Counted from the stretch's first letter, positions 1 to 10,808 are shown. The stretch is 64,000 bases of DNA from an uncultured cyanobacterium (GCA_963706595.1 OY970166.1:480001-544000); one strand, 5' to 3'. Notes: a model not told the origin generated them from the letters alone. Numbers and translations: made by a program.

Positions 1-216
1 GGTAAGGCTCTAGCAGGAGCAAGAGTAGAAGCCATATCAACAGGTACAGGCAAACGCAGTTTTTCTGTAACCAACACCGCCGGGGTATATTATTTAGAAG
101 GCTTGCAACAAGGTGAATACACGTTGCTGGTCAATGGCAAATCCATTCAGATGATTCAACTAGATACAAACTCGCCACCTTATCAAGAAATGCAAATTCA
201 GCAGCCTAGTAACTAA
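1..216 (+). CDS. 3' end of a protein with a carboxypeptidase-regulatory-like beta domain (partial)
   Basis: Frame 1 reads GKALAGARVEAISTGTGKRSFSVTNTAGVYYLEGLQQGEYTLLVNG...QPSN, stop at 214-216; runs off the window start. Confidence 0.6.
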   Translation, partial: GKALAGARVEAISTGTGKRSFSVTNTAGVYYLEGLQQGEYTLLVNGKSIQMIQLDTNSPPYQEMQIQQPSN

Positions 217-264
217 ACCATACAAAATAGCGTCTAGAGATTTTGCTAGTTCAAACTATTTTTT

Positions 265-525
265 ATGTCCCAGTCTACGCTTACGGTTAAAATCAAGTTA
301 TTTGCTGCGTACCAAGAAGCATATCAGGTGTCAGAACTGATACGGGAATTTCCTCATGGTACGCCAGTAAAGGCAGTGTGCGATCGCTTGATTACAGAAC
401 ACCCAGAACTCAGCCAATGGCGTGACATCACCCGTTTCGGCATTAATTTAATATTTGTTGAACCAGATAGCCTACTGCAAAACGGCGATGAAGTTGTGCT
501 AATTCCGCCGGTGAGTGGCGGCTAA
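265..525 (+). CDS. moaD: MoaD/ThiS family sulfur carrier
   Basis: 86 aa ubiquitin-like pattern, VKIKLFA N-terminus, C-terminal GDEVVLIPPVSGG. Confidence 0.85.
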   Translation: MSQSTLTVKIKLFAAYQEAYQVSELIREFPHGTPVKAVCDRLITEHPELSQWRDITRFGINLIFVEPDSLLQNGDEVVLIPPVSGG

Positions 526-598
526 AAAAGTTCGTAGTCGGGCTAAAGCCCTGAAAAACTGGTAACAGAGCAATTAATAGCCCACTACGAACAAAATG

Positions 599-2245
599 CT
601 ATTTTTCATTTAAAGCCTTACCCAGACGAGTTAAACCTTGAGAACAATCAAACCTGTCAAAGTGAATTTCAATAAAAGAAACACAGTGAATATTAGCTTT
701 TGCTTGGGATAAAGCTGCTTCTAATTCGCCTTCTGTCGCCACTTCACAACTCCAACTTTCCCCAAAAATTTGGGGAAGTTGATGATATTTCCAAGGTTGA
801 ATATCATTATAAGGTCCATCTTGAATCACCCGCTCAATGGTATAGCCATCATTATTAATTAAGAAAATAATCGGGTTCAATTTGTATTTGATAATGGTGG
901 ATAATTCTTGAGCAGTCATTTGAAAAGCGCCATCTCCCACAAAAATCATCAGGCGGCGATGGCTATCAGCCATGGCTGCACCCAAACAGGCGGGAATAGA
1001 ATAACCAATGGATAAGTAAAAAGCTTGTCCAATAAAATCGGTTTTTTGAGGCATTAATAAATCCATTGTGGAGATAATTGCATCTCCAGTATCAGCAATC
1101 ACAATAAAACCATCTTCTAGAAAATGGTTCATGCGTTCATAAAAGCGCCGATTTGTCAATTTGTTTTCAGGTTGGGGAATAAAACTTTTATAAAGTACAT
1201 CCGAAGCCGGGGTAATTTGCAAAGTTTCCGCCTCTTTTTTCCGCAACTTGGCAATTAAACCATCAATGAAATCTCCCAAATAAACAGGTTGATAAAAATG
1301 ATGTTTAATCTTGACTTTCTCTGAGTTAGCATTAATTAACTTGCGCTCATCCAGGTTAGCGGTATATCCTCCCAAATTCATATCAGACATAATCGCACCC
1401 AGACACAAAATACAGTCAGCCGTTTCGATGCGTTGACAGACATCATCTCGACTCAAAGCCCCTACATAGTTACCAATAAATTGCGGGTGCATCTCGGAAA
1501 TACAAGATTTACCCAGCATCGTTGTAGCTAGGGGATAACCAGTAGTTTCTAAAAGTTGCAACAGTTTATTTTGTAACCGAAAGCGATTAAATTCAACCCC
1601 GGCTAAAATGACGGGACGCTGTGCTTTTTCTAATAATTCAACTGCTTCTTCTACAGCTTCTTCTAAGGCTTCTGGTAATGTTTCTGGATTTGTTAATTTG
1701 AATGGCGAAGGTAATTGAGTTTCAGGCAGAGTGCAAGATTGATGCACCAAATCTAAGGGAATTTCAATATAAACAGGTCGTTTGTAATGCAGACAAGCCG
1801 CCAGAGTTTGATCAATTTGGCTCGCTGCTTGACTGGCTTTAGTCAGGTTGACGGCAGCAACTGTAATTTTTTCCATAATGGCAAGCTGGAGGTTATAGTC
1901 TCCTGTGGTGTGGTGTAGCAGCAAGTTACTTTTTCTCACCGAACTGTTAGGCGCACCACTAATTACTACCAGGGGAACTCGTTCTGCATAAGCTCCAACT
2001 ACAGCATTAACTAAACTAAAGCCACCCACACCATAGGTAATACAAACAGCACCTAAACCCCTGACCCGTGCATAGGCATCTGCTGCATAGCCAGCATTCA
2101 ATTCATTACAATTACAAATTAAATTAATGGCAGTTTTGTTTAAAACATCCATTAAATCTAGTACATAATCTCCGGGGACACCAAATATATGTTGGACACC
2201 TAAGCTTTCTAATCGGTGAAATAAATATTCGCTAACTGTAGTCAT
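599..2245 (-). CDS. Thiamine-PP alpha-keto acid decarboxylase (pyruvate/indolepyruvate decarboxylase family)
   Basis: FGVPGDY, NELNAGYAADAYAR, LLHHT, GDGAFQMTAQE...INNDGYTIER motifs; start taken at MTTVSEY (2245). Confidence 0.9.
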   Translation of the reverse strand: MTTVSEYLFHRLESLGVQHIFGVPGDYVLDLMDVLNKTAINLICNCNELNAGYAADAYARVRGLGAVCITYGVGGFSLVNAVVGAYAERVPLVVISGAPNSSVRKSNLLLHHTTGDYNLQLAIMEKITVAAVNLTKASQAASQIDQTLAACLHYKRPVYIEIPLDLVHQSCTLPETQLPSPFKLTNPETLPEALEEAVEEAVELLEKAQRPVILAGVEFNRFRLQNKLLQLLETTGYPLATTMLGKSCISEMHPQFIGNYVGALSRDDVCQRIETADCILCLGAIMSDMNLGGYTANLDERKLINANSEKVKIKHHFYQPVYLGDFIDGLIAKLRKKEAETLQITPASDVLYKSFIPQPENKLTNRRFYERMNHFLEDGFIVIADTGDAIISTMDLLMPQKTDFIGQAFYLSIGYSIPACLGAAMADSHRRLMIFVGDGAFQMTAQELSTIIKYKLNPIIFLINNDGYTIERVIQDGPYNDIQPWKYHQLPQIFGESWSCEVATEGELEAALSQAKANIHCVSFIEIHFDRFDCSQGLTRLGKALNEK

Positions 2246-2348
2246 GAGAGTTAGAGTGAGTTGACAAATTATATCCACAATTTTAGCGACATTAAAAAGC
2301 AGTTGGTTCAATGTACCAACCGCTTTTTTACCAATTTAGCTCTAAGTA

Positions 2349-3077
2349 TTAAGCTGAAGTGGCAGGTTTTTCATACAAGCGTAGGAGACTACTATTCACC
2401 ATAGATGCTGCGTCAGAAGCCAGCCAAGCTGTAAATTCGCCAATATCATCAGCAGTAATCCAGGTAGGTTGACTGCGGTCTTTGCTGGTGCGAGTTGCGA
2501 CCCAGCTATGAACAATAACTTCGTTAATTCGCACAGCTTTACCCTTATTTTCCGCCATCAACACCTGAGCCAGCATCAGCTGTCCAGCCGCAGGAATGCT
2601 CACAGGGCTGACATTGGCAATGGGGACTTCGGCTGCGGCTCCTCCAATCAAGGTGTAGCTAGCACCCTGACGTTCTTGAAGCATAGGTAGAAATGTTCGG
2701 GCGGCGATGAAGTGACTGGTTAAATTACTATCTAAATATTGTTGCCATTCTGCGATTGAGACTTCAGTTATGGGTTTGTTGCCAAACCACCAACCACCAA
2801 GGGACGCAACTACAGCATCAATCTGACCAAATTGTTTCAGCAGTTGATCGCGAATGCTCTCGGCACTATTAATTTGCCCAATTTCTCCGACAATGGGAAT
2901 AAAGCGCTCTCCATCAGCCAGTTTACCTAAATAACTGCGTAGTTCTTCGAGTTTTTCGGCTTGGCGCGACGGTACTACTACGATGGCTCCTGCTTTCAGA
3001 AATGCCCTCACAATCCCTTCTCCCACATTGCCGGCACCACCAATAATTAATGCAACTTTGTTCTCTAGTTGATTCAT
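2349..3077 (-). CDS. Atypical SDR family oxidoreductase
   Basis: KVALIIGGAGNVGEG Rossmann motif; canonical YxxxK absent. Confidence 0.8.
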   Translation of the reverse strand: MNQLENKVALIIGGAGNVGEGIVRAFLKAGAIVVVPSRQAEKLEELRSYLGKLADGERFIPIVGEIGQINSAESIRDQLLKQFGQIDAVVASLGGWWFGNKPITEVSIAEWQQYLDSNLTSHFIAARTFLPMLQERQGASYTLIGGAAAEVPIANVSPVSIPAAGQLMLAQVLMAENKGKAVRINEVIVHSWVATRTSKDRSQPTWITADDIGEFTAWLASDAASMVNSSLLRLYEKPATSA

Positions 3078-3134
3078 GATTGCTCCCGAATTTATTTTTT
3101 TACGAAAACCCAGATTGAGAAAAAAAAGCAGTGA

Positions 3135-3890
3135 TCACGCCGCCAGTACCCCGCCATCGACAGCTAGGGTATGTCCGTTGACAAAATCGGTAGCATCAGA
3201 ACACAACCAAATCACAGCATTAGCAATGTCATCAGGTTTGCCCAAACGTCCGGCGGGAACAAAATTCTCAAAAGCTTTGGTATTACCGCCAGTTGCTTGA
3301 CTGAGCATTTCCGTTTCAATTGGCCCTGGTGCGATCGCATTTATCCGAATTTTTTGGGAGGCATATTCTAGTGCGGCGGCTTTTGTCAGCATCACTACAG
3401 CAGTTTTTGAGGCATCGTAAATCGATAAGCCAGGTGCTAAAGGACGAAAACCATTAATAGAAGATGTGTTGACAATTGCGCCGCCATTGCCTTGAGCCAA
3501 CATCTGGGAAATTTCGTGCTTCATGCAAAGAAAAACTCCCTTGACATTGACTCCAAAAACTCTGTCATAAGTTTGCTCTGTTTGCTCTGCCAGCAAGGCA
3601 TTTTCACCCAGCATCCCGGCATTATTAAAGGCGATATCCAGCCTACCAAACTTATTGACAACGGCAGCAATGGTTGCTTTTATGTCGGCTTCTTGAGAGA
3701 CATCGGCTTTCACAAAGAAACCTTCACTTCCTACCTGATGAATCAAGTTGACGGTTTCACTGCCTTCTTCTTCCCGCCGTCCGACTACAACAACTTTGGC
3801 CCCAGCATCAGCTAAAGCGATCGCAGTAGTACGCCCAATGCCAGAAGTACCACCAGTCACCAGGGCAACTTTGTTTTCTAACGGTTTCAT
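3135..3890 (-). CDS. Classical SDR family oxidoreductase
   Basis: TGGTSGIG, NNAG, YDASK, INAIAPG, VDGG motifs. Confidence 0.92.
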   Translation of the reverse strand: MKPLENKVALVTGGTSGIGRTTAIALADAGAKVVVVGRREEEGSETVNLIHQVGSEGFFVKADVSQEADIKATIAAVVNKFGRLDIAFNNAGMLGENALLAEQTEQTYDRVFGVNVKGVFLCMKHEISQMLAQGNGGAIVNTSSINGFRPLAPGLSIYDASKTAVVMLTKAAALEYASQKIRINAIAPGPIETEMLSQATGGNTKAFENFVPAGRLGKPDDIANAVIWLCSDATDFVNGHTLAVDGGVLAA

Positions 3891-3980
3891 CCAAATCGCT
3901 CCATTTTCACTAACTAGAGCAGTGTGCCTGATTTGGATTCTTCTTTACAAGAAGGAACTTCCAGGTGATATAGTTACCTC

Positions 3981-4352
3981 ATGGTTCCTAACAATCGGCA
4001 AATACTCCTAAGCGCAGACTGCCCTGTGCGGCAAATGCTTGATTTAGTCGGAGATAAATGGACACCGCCAGTACTGTATCTCCTATCTTCTGGTACTAAG
4101 CGATATACTGAGTTTCAACGTCAAATTCCTAAAATATCCAAAAAAATGCTGACACAAACCCTGAGAAGGTTGGAGTCAGCTGGTGTTGTTAATCGCACCG
4201 TATACCCGATTGTGCCGCCCAAGGTGGAATATGACCTCACGCCCTTTGGGGAAAAATTGATTGAACCAATTGCTGGGTTGGCAGCATGGGCTTGGCAGCA
4301 CCAAGAAGAATTAAAACTGGTATCCGAACGTCAGCAGAAATCAGAAGTTTAA
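3981..4352 (+). CDS. HxlR family winged-helix transcriptional regulator
   Basis: CPV...GDKW, ISKKMLTQTLRRLE, YPIVPPKVEYDLT; divergent from the SDR genes. Confidence 0.9.
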   Translation: MVPNNRQILLSADCPVRQMLDLVGDKWTPPVLYLLSSGTKRYTEFQRQIPKISKKMLTQTLRRLESAGVVNRTVYPIVPPKVEYDLTPFGEKLIEPIAGLAAWAWQHQEELKLVSERQQKSEV

Positions 4353-4792
4353 GCTCGGACTTCTTCAGGCCAGAGTTCTCGCAACGCCGGCGGTAACATA
4401 TTAATCACATCATCAATTTCTCCTCTGGTAACCCGTTGGGCCAGTAGCTGGAATACCGCACGCACAACCCGCTCGGCATCAACTTCGGGGTCAATGTTGC
4501 GAAAATAATCACGGATATGCTGTAAAAATGCTTCTTTATTCCTTTCCTTGGTAGGGGTAGCTCCAGGTCGCCAGTTTTCGTAATAAAATCCCCCTAAGAG
4601 AATGGGTAATTGCGCTCCTAAATGTGCGGCTTCTGCGACCGTCAGGCGATCGCGCAGGGCGTGTAATGTGGCACGTAATGCCTGAAAGACTTGGTGCTTA
4701 CTTTCCCAGCCCAGCTGATTACACAAGTCATTTACCCAAGGAATTGTCGTCTGAATTGTGGTATCAAAAATATCCAGTCCTGTCATGGTCAT
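4349..4792 (-). CDS. DUF2267 domain protein
   Basis: LHALRDRL...AAHLGAQLP...LPPALRELWP pattern; start at MTMTGLDIF. Confidence 0.85.
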   Translation of the reverse strand: MTMTGLDIFDTTIQTTIPWVNDLCNQLGWESKHQVFQALRATLHALRDRLTVAEAAHLGAQLPILLGGFYYENWRPGATPTKERNKEAFLQHIRDYFRNIDPEVDAERVVRAVFQLLAQRVTRGEIDDVINMLPPALRELWPEEVRA

Positions 4793-5009
4793 AGCGATCG
4801 CTCCTGTCAAGTGCCTTGAATTAGCAAGGTTGAGACGCACCGAATCAGTCCCGACTCTTAAGGTTTCAAGGCTTTTCATGTCCTCAAGTCCATCCTAAGA
4901 ACTCAGAAGTCGCTTCTCCTCTGACTAATGGTGTGTGATACCTGATTTACGGCTCTGTCTAAGGGATTGAGTCCCTGTTAAACCTAACTGTGAGATTAAT
5001 TACACCCCA

Positions 5010-5065
5010 ATACCCGACAAAAATAGTCGGGTATGTTTGACGAGTATTTTGACTCATGTTAGTAT
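5010..5065 (+). promoter_or_regulatory. Palindromic operator next to a sigma70-type promoter for thrC-moaD
   Basis: ATACCCGAC-N7-GTCGGGTAT (5010-5034), then TTGACG (5037) and TAGTAT (5060) with 17-nt spacing. Confidence 0.6.
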
Positions 5066-5105
5066 CAGGCGATAGTTGACTGACAAAACAGGGAAGGCTT
5101 CATTT

Positions 5106-6411
5106 ATGACTCAGGCAATCACCAAAGATACCCAATCAACAACTTCGACTTTAAAAGCTTTAAAGTGTAAAGAATGTGGTACTGAATACGAACTTAAAGC
5201 CAGTCATGTCTGTGAGTTATGCTTTGGTCCACTGGAAGTTAAATATGATTTCAGTGAGTTACGCCTGACGATTACGCGTGAAAAAATTGCCGCCGGTCCC
5301 AATTCAATTTGGCGCTACCGTCCCTTTCTGCCCGTCGCAACTGATAATGTAATTGATGTGGGAACAGGGATGACTCCCCTAGTCCGTTCTCATCGCCTGG
5401 CTCGTCGCCTGGGTTTAAATAAGCTTTATATTAAAAATGATGCTGTAAATATGCCCACCCTGAGCTTTAAAGATCGGGTGGTGTCAGTGGCTCTCAGCCG
5501 AGCGCGTGAATTAGGTTTTACCACTGTTTCCTGTGCTAGCACTGGTAACTTGGCAAATTCTACAGTCTGCGATCGCAGCTCATGCCGGTTTAGATTGTTG
5601 TGTATTCATCCCCGCAGATTTAGAAGCAGGTAAAATCCTGGGTAGCTTAATCTACAGTCCTACACTGATGGCAGTTAAGGGCAACTACGACCAGGTAAAT
5701 CGTCTCTGCTCGGAAGTCGCTAATACACACGGCTGGGGTTTTGTCAATATTAATTTACGCCCTTATTATTCTGAAGGTTCCAAAACTCTAGGCTTTGAAG
5801 TTGCAGAACAACTCGGTTGGGAACTACCAGATCATGTAGTTGCTCCTCTCGCCTCTGGTTCACTATTCACCAAAATTTATAAAGGTTTCCAAGAATTTGT
5901 GGAAGTCGGTTTGGTGGAAGGTAAAGATGTCCGCTTCAGTGGCGCTCAACCCGAAGGTTGTTCACCCATCGCCCAAGCATTTAAAGAAGGGCGTGACTTT
6001 ATTAAACCAGTGAAACCGAATACAATTGCTAAATCACTGGCAATTGGCAATCCCGCAGATGGTATTTATGCTGTTGAGCTAGCCAAGAAAACTGGCGGTA
6101 ATATTGAATCAGTCAATGATGCTGAAATTATTGACGGCATCAAGCTACTAGCAGAAACCGAAGGCATTTTCACAGAAACAGCAGGTGGTACAACCATTGC
6201 TGTGCTGAAAAAATTAGTCGAAGCCGGCAAGATTGACCCAGATGAAACTACAGTAGTTTACATCACTGGTAATGGTTTAAAAACCCAAGAAGCAGTCCAA
6301 GGCTACGTCGGCGAACCTTTGACAATTGATGCTAAACTAGATAGCTTTGAACGTGCCTTAGAGCGCTCTCGTACACTTGACCGCTTGGAATGGCAACAAG
6401 TTCTCGTTTAG
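5106..6411 (+). CDS. thrC: Threonine synthase-like PLP enzyme, split by a +1 frameshift near 5566 (likely sequencing error)
   Basis: CxxC...CxxC N-terminus, PTLSFKDR lysine motif, ASTGNLA; removing one T at about 5566 gives ANSTAAIAAH and joins ORFs 5076..5633 and 5533..6411. Confidence 0.88.
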
Positions 6412-6502
6412 TTAGAAGTTGTGAGTTAAGAGATTTATTCCTAACTTTCAACTCCTAACTGTACTCTTAACTCTCCCCTTTCACTCTTAAATTTCTACTT
6501 CT

Positions 6503-6778
6503 ATGGCTGTTAAAGTTTTAGTTCCCACTGCACTGCAAAAATTTACAAATAACCAAGCTACCCTGACCTGTAGTGGTAGTAATGTTTCTGAATTATTCGA
6601 TTCTCTAGAGCAAAACTGCCCTGGAATCAAAGCCCGGTTATGTGACGAAAAAGGACAAGCCCGGCGATTTTTAAACTTCTATGTGAATAGTGAAGATATC
6701 CGCTTTTTAGATGGGATAGAGACACCATTAAAAGATGGTGATGAAGTCAGTATTGTCCCAGCTGTAGCTGGTGGTTGA
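6503..6778 (+). CDS. MoaD/ThiS (CysO-like) sulfur carrier
   Basis: VNSEDIRFL...[13 protein letters not shown]. Confidence 0.88.
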   Translation: MAVKVLVPTALQKFTNNQATLTCSGSNVSELFDSLEQNCPGIKARLCDEKGQARRFLNFYVNSEDIRFLDGIETPLKDGDEVSIVPAVAGG

Positions 6779-6869
6779 TACAGAATAAGGGTTTTGTAGC
6801 ACGAAGCAGTTTTGACTTGAGATTCAGGCGATCGCACTCTTTGATTTAGGGGTGCATCGCATACAGTAT

Positions 6870-7088
6870 TTATCGGAGTTGGTTAAACTCTTCCTCAGTA
6901 ATACCCAACTGTTTAAGAATTTCATAAAACAACCATTTACCAATTTCAGCATTGCCATGAATAGGAATTGTGGTTGATCTTCCATCTGGATGTTGCCAAC
7001 GAGCATGACTGCCTTTCTGTCGCACTTTTTCAAAACCGAGTTTGCGTGCCGTCCGTTCTAATTCACTGGCTTTAGCTGGCATTTGCAA
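6870..7088 (-). CDS. hicA: HicA family toxin
   Basis: LGFEKVRQKGSHARW...TIPIH motif. Confidence 0.88.
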   Translation of the reverse strand: MQMPAKASELERTARKLGFEKVRQKGSHARWQHPDGRSTTIPIHGNAEIGKWLFYEILKQLGITEEEFNQLR

Positions 7089-7293
7089 TCACCAGTTCAA
7101 CATCTTGAGGCAAAGAACGCCCTTGTTCTTCGTATTCTTCCTGAATCATTTCAAACACATAAACGAGTTCAGTACGGGCGGCCTCTGGTGTTTGTCCCCA
7201 AGCGTGACAACCAACAATCGCTGGCACATAAGCCACAAATGTGCCATTGTCATCGGGACGAATCACAATGGTGTAGTCTTGCAAAGGCTTCAT
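7072..7293 (-). CDS. hicB: HicB family antitoxin (short form)
   Basis: FVAYVPAIVGCHAWGQTPEAA motif; overlaps hicA. Confidence 0.88.
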   Translation of the reverse strand: MKPLQDYTIVIRPDDNGTFVAYVPAIVGCHAWGQTPEAARTELVYVFEMIQEEYEEQGRSLPQDVELVIANAS

Positions 7294-7402
7294 GGGATCG
7301 AAGTTTTAGTTACACTTTATAGTTTACAGCGATCGCCAAGCTCTCCTATGTCAAAATGAAGGTAAAATCGCTCCCAAAGCTAGACAAAGGATTGACCTGA
7401 GC

Positions 7403-8032
7403 ATGGCAGAAGAAAAAAATCACAATCAAGCCGGAGAAGTGGCTCCCAGCACTGTTGACAAACAGGCTCCCACTGTCGCCGAAGAAAATGCTCCCAGCAC
7501 TGACGAACCAGTAGCAACAAACCTCCCTACTGCCAACACGCCAGATCCCAAAGCAGCGAACCCAGAAGTTAACCCCAACGCCGCTACAACAAAAACAGCC
7601 CCACCCAAGGCAGAAAAGCCCCCAGCCGCAGCTAAAGCCGCAAAAAAGGAAAAACCGCCAGCGTTGGAAGATAAGCCCTTTGTAGAGTTTATGGAGCAAT
7701 ATTACCTGCCAACTTTACAAAAGGCGATCGCGGATCAAGGTGTAGAAGATTTGCAGCTGGCTTTTGCGAAACAGAAACTTCCCATATCGGGGTTTCAGTC
7801 AGCCGAAGAATGCTGGCAAGTTATTGGCAGTTGGCAAAATGGTCAGCGCCAGTTTAACGTGTATTTCCCAGACGAAAGTATTACCGGGCAGAAGGGCTTT
7901 TCTTGTAACGAAGGTAAAAAACCTAGCACACTTGAGTCATTCTTAATTGATGAGCGCAAAATTACACTAGACCTTTTAGTATTTGGTATAGTGCAGCGTT
8001 TGAATGGTCAAAAGTGGCTAGGTAGAAATTAG
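7403..8032 (+). CDS. DUF2996 domain cyanobacterial protein
   Basis: Ala/Pro/Lys-rich N-terminus, KPFVEF, ESFLIDERKITLDLLV...RLNGQKWLGRN. Confidence 0.8.
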   Translation: MAEEKNHNQAGEVAPSTVDKQAPTVAEENAPSTDEPVATNLPTANTPDPKAANPEVNPNAATTKTAPPKAEKPPAAAKAAKKEKPPALEDKPFVEFMEQYYLPTLQKAIADQGVEDLQLAFAKQKLPISGFQSAEECWQVIGSWQNGQRQFNVYFPDESITGQKGFSCNEGKKPSTLESFLIDERKITLDLLVFGIVQRLNGQKWLGRN

Positions 8033-8607
8033 TTAAGTTCGTCAAAGCAGTAAATAACGGCTCCAGTAATGGGGTCGTTATCTATTCTGACATAGCCTGA
8101 TTTCAACATTTCTTTGAGTATAGCTTCCACTTCTGCAAAGCCTGCGCCTGTGGCACTCACACCTTGAGTCACCGTCAAACTCCCGCCCTTCCTTTCTGCC
8201 GCTTGCAGCAGTTCCATCATCAATTTGTTACCAGTTGGGCGGTAGACTTGAGAAGCGATCGCCTGTTGATTCACAGGTACACCCAAAGGAGATAAACCAG
8301 CTTTAATTCTGAGGTTTTCTTCGTAGTCATTAACCATATTTGGGATCAGCAACAAATCCACACACTGCCCTATACCAAACATACCAAAAGTAAATAACCA
8401 CAAAAGACCAGTTCCGATTTTGCCATTATATAAACGATGTAGCCCTCCTAATCCGACGAAAAAAAACGCTCCACTCAAAATATAAGAAACAAGAAGACGG
8501 TCTTTGTGCTGCTTGTTGTCAGGATTCATCTTGTTTTCAACCCTTTGGATTTTCTCTTGTTGTTGAAGATGGATTGTTGATGCTATTTTCTTGTAAATCA
8601 GCGTCAT
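8029..8607 (-). CDS. TM2/NINE domain membrane protein
   Basis: GLGGLHRLYNGKIGTGLLWLFTFG motif; true start may be MNPDNK. Confidence 0.8.
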   Translation of the reverse strand: MTLIYKKIASTIHLQQQEKIQRVENKMNPDNKQHKDRLLVSYILSGAFFFVGLGGLHRLYNGKIGTGLLWLFTFGMFGIGQCVDLLLIPNMVNDYEENLRIKAGLSPLGVPVNQQAIASQVYRPTGNKLMMELLQAAERKGGSLTVTQGVSATGAGFAEVEAILKEMLKSGYVRIDNDPITGAVIYCFDELN

Positions 8608-8750
8608 CAGCTAGAGCAATTTAATTATGAAAAATCACTTGCTTCTATTGTAATAAAAACCACAATTGATGACATAAATAGGCGTATTTTGTGAATATTG
8701 ACCAAAAGAGGCAGGGGAGCATCGGAGCAAGGGGAAGTTAGAAATTACTT

Positions 8751-8900
8751 TAGGGACTTCCAAGAAATAAATTATCCAAATAAACGTTAGCGTAGCTTGC
8801 CGAAGGCTACCACTCCAAACACAGAGGACACAGAGTTATGAGACTTTGAGAGGTTTTTTGCGTTAGGTGATTGAGTATTTTTTTATTTGGAAGTCCCTTA
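8751..8900. mobile_element. MITE-like inverted-repeat element
   Basis: AGGGACTTCCAAGAAATAAA ... TTTTTTATTTGGAAGTCCCT terminal inverted repeats, non-coding. Confidence 0.6.
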
Positions 8901-9317
8901 AACTTCCTTACTTAACAACCGTTTCTCTTCTCCCCTGCACCCGGCCCCCTGCCCCCTTTCCTCTTCTTTGACCGCTAACCAGACTCTAACAAACTTATTC
9001 ACCAAAATCCTCGCGTGATTCTTGATCTGACTAGCGATTCTGGATTTTTGGTTCCTTCCAGGTTGAGATATTGTTGCAACTCTTAACTTTTTCTATACTA
9101 AATTCTAGGCTGCATATTGGTAGACTGAGTTTTATACAAATCAATTATTCTCGTCTGCCGCGCCTTGTCAGAGCATTACCCTCATACTCGTGGGGAAACA
9201 GAATGGCACAGAGACAATCAGGGCGAAACCTTGATGGAATCTGACTTTGTGAACTACGAATTGGTATTAGCTCTGTTGGTGTAATCAAGATCATAAAGAC
9301 AAAAGAGCAATTAAGAC

Positions 9318-10394
9318 ATGGTAGATTCCCTCAAAAAACCAGGCTTTGAAGAAATGCGGCCAGGTGTGAAAACCCCGGCTAAAGAAACCCTGTTAACACC
9401 CCGGTTCTACACCACCGATTTTGACGAAATGGCACGGATGGATATATCCGTCAACGAAGAAGAGTTGCAAGCCATTCTCGAAGAGTTCCGTGTTGACTAC
9501 AACCGCCATCACTTCGTGAGAGATGCCGAGTTTGAGCAATCCTGGGATCACATTGATGGAGAAACTCGCCAGTTATTTGTAGAATTCCTCGAACGTTCTT
9601 GCACAGCCGAATTTTCCGGATTTTTGCTGTATAAAGAACTGGGTCGTCGTTTGAAGGGAAACAGCCCATTATTAGCTGAATGCTTCAACCTCATGTCACG
9701 AGATGAAGCTCGTCATGCAGGCTTTTTGAACAAAGCGATGTCAGACTTCAATCTGTCGCTAGATTTAGGCTTTTTGACCAAGAGTCGCTCCTATACCTTC
9801 TTTAAGCCAAAATTCATCTTCTACGCTACTTATCTTTCAGAAAAAATTGGTTATTGGCGCTACATCACCATTTATCGTCATTTAGAAGCACATCCTGAAG
9901 ATAGAATTTACCCAATTTTCCGGTTCTTTGAAAACTGGTGTCAAGATGAAAACCGTCATGGAGATTTCTTTGACGCGATTATGAGATCCCAGCCACAAAT
10001 GTTGAATGATTGGAAGGCAAAACTTTGGAGTCGCTTCTTCCTGTTGTCAGTATTTGCCACAATGTATCTCAATGACATCCAGCGTAAAGATTTTTATGCT
10101 TCCCTGGGATTAGATGCGCGAGAATACGACATCCATGTAATTAAAAAGACTAATGAAAATGCGGGTAGAGTCTTTCCTTTGATGCTGGATGTAGAAAATC
10201 CTGAATTTTATCAGCGTTTAGATACTTGTATTCAGAATAACGAAAAATTGGCTGCGATCGCCAACTCTAAAACTCCCAAATTCCTGCAATTCTTCCAAAA
10301 AGCGCCAATTTATCTCTCTCATGCTTGGCAGTTCCTGCGGTTGTACTTAATGAAACCCATTGATACTGTTGCTACTCATGGCGGAGTGCGCTAA
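9318..10394 (+). CDS. acsF: Mg-protoporphyrin IX monomethyl ester oxidative cyclase
   Basis: [40 protein letters not shown] di-iron motifs. Confidence 0.97.
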   Translation: MVDSLKKPGFEEMRPGVKTPAKETLLTPRFYTTDFDEMARMDISVNEEELQAILEEFRVDYNRHHFVRDAEFEQSWDHIDGETRQLFVEFLERSCTAEFSGFLLYKELGRRLKGNSPLLAECFNLMSRDEARHAGFLNKAMSDFNLSLDLGFLTKSRSYTFFKPKFIFYATYLSEKIGYWRYITIYRHLEAHPEDRIYPIFRFFENWCQDENRHGDFFDAIMRSQPQMLNDWKAKLWSRFFLLSVFATMYLNDIQRKDFYASLGLDAREYDIHVIKKTNENAGRVFPLMLDVENPEFYQRLDTCIQNNEKLAAIANSKTPKFLQFFQKAPIYLSHAWQFLRLYLMKPIDTVATHGGVR

Positions 10395-10808
10395 CACCGC
10401 AAGGCGGAAGTCAAAAAGTTTATTCTATAAGCTTTTTATTGACTGGAAATAATGGACTTATTTACGCCGTGCTGTGCTAAGTTAGACAAATAATTTTTTG
10501 TAAGCGTGAGTGGTTCTGTATATAACAGAGCCACTTTTTTTATCTCATCCCGCCTTTGAGTTGTGCCAAAATCTCCCCTCTCCTTGCTTTCGCGTAGCGT
10601 CTCCCTTTGGGAGAAGGAGAGGGGCTGGGGGTGAGGTTCTATATTTTATTAAATCCCCATTTCTAAGTATAAATTGGGAGCAAATTTGGGAACATCAGCG
10701 TCAAGACTGATGGAAGCAATTGAGGTTTACCCTGATGCACAGAAGTTTTAGGCGTAAGCTGACACTTTTACTCACATTCAGCCTATTTACTACCTTGTTA
10801 CCTGCCGT

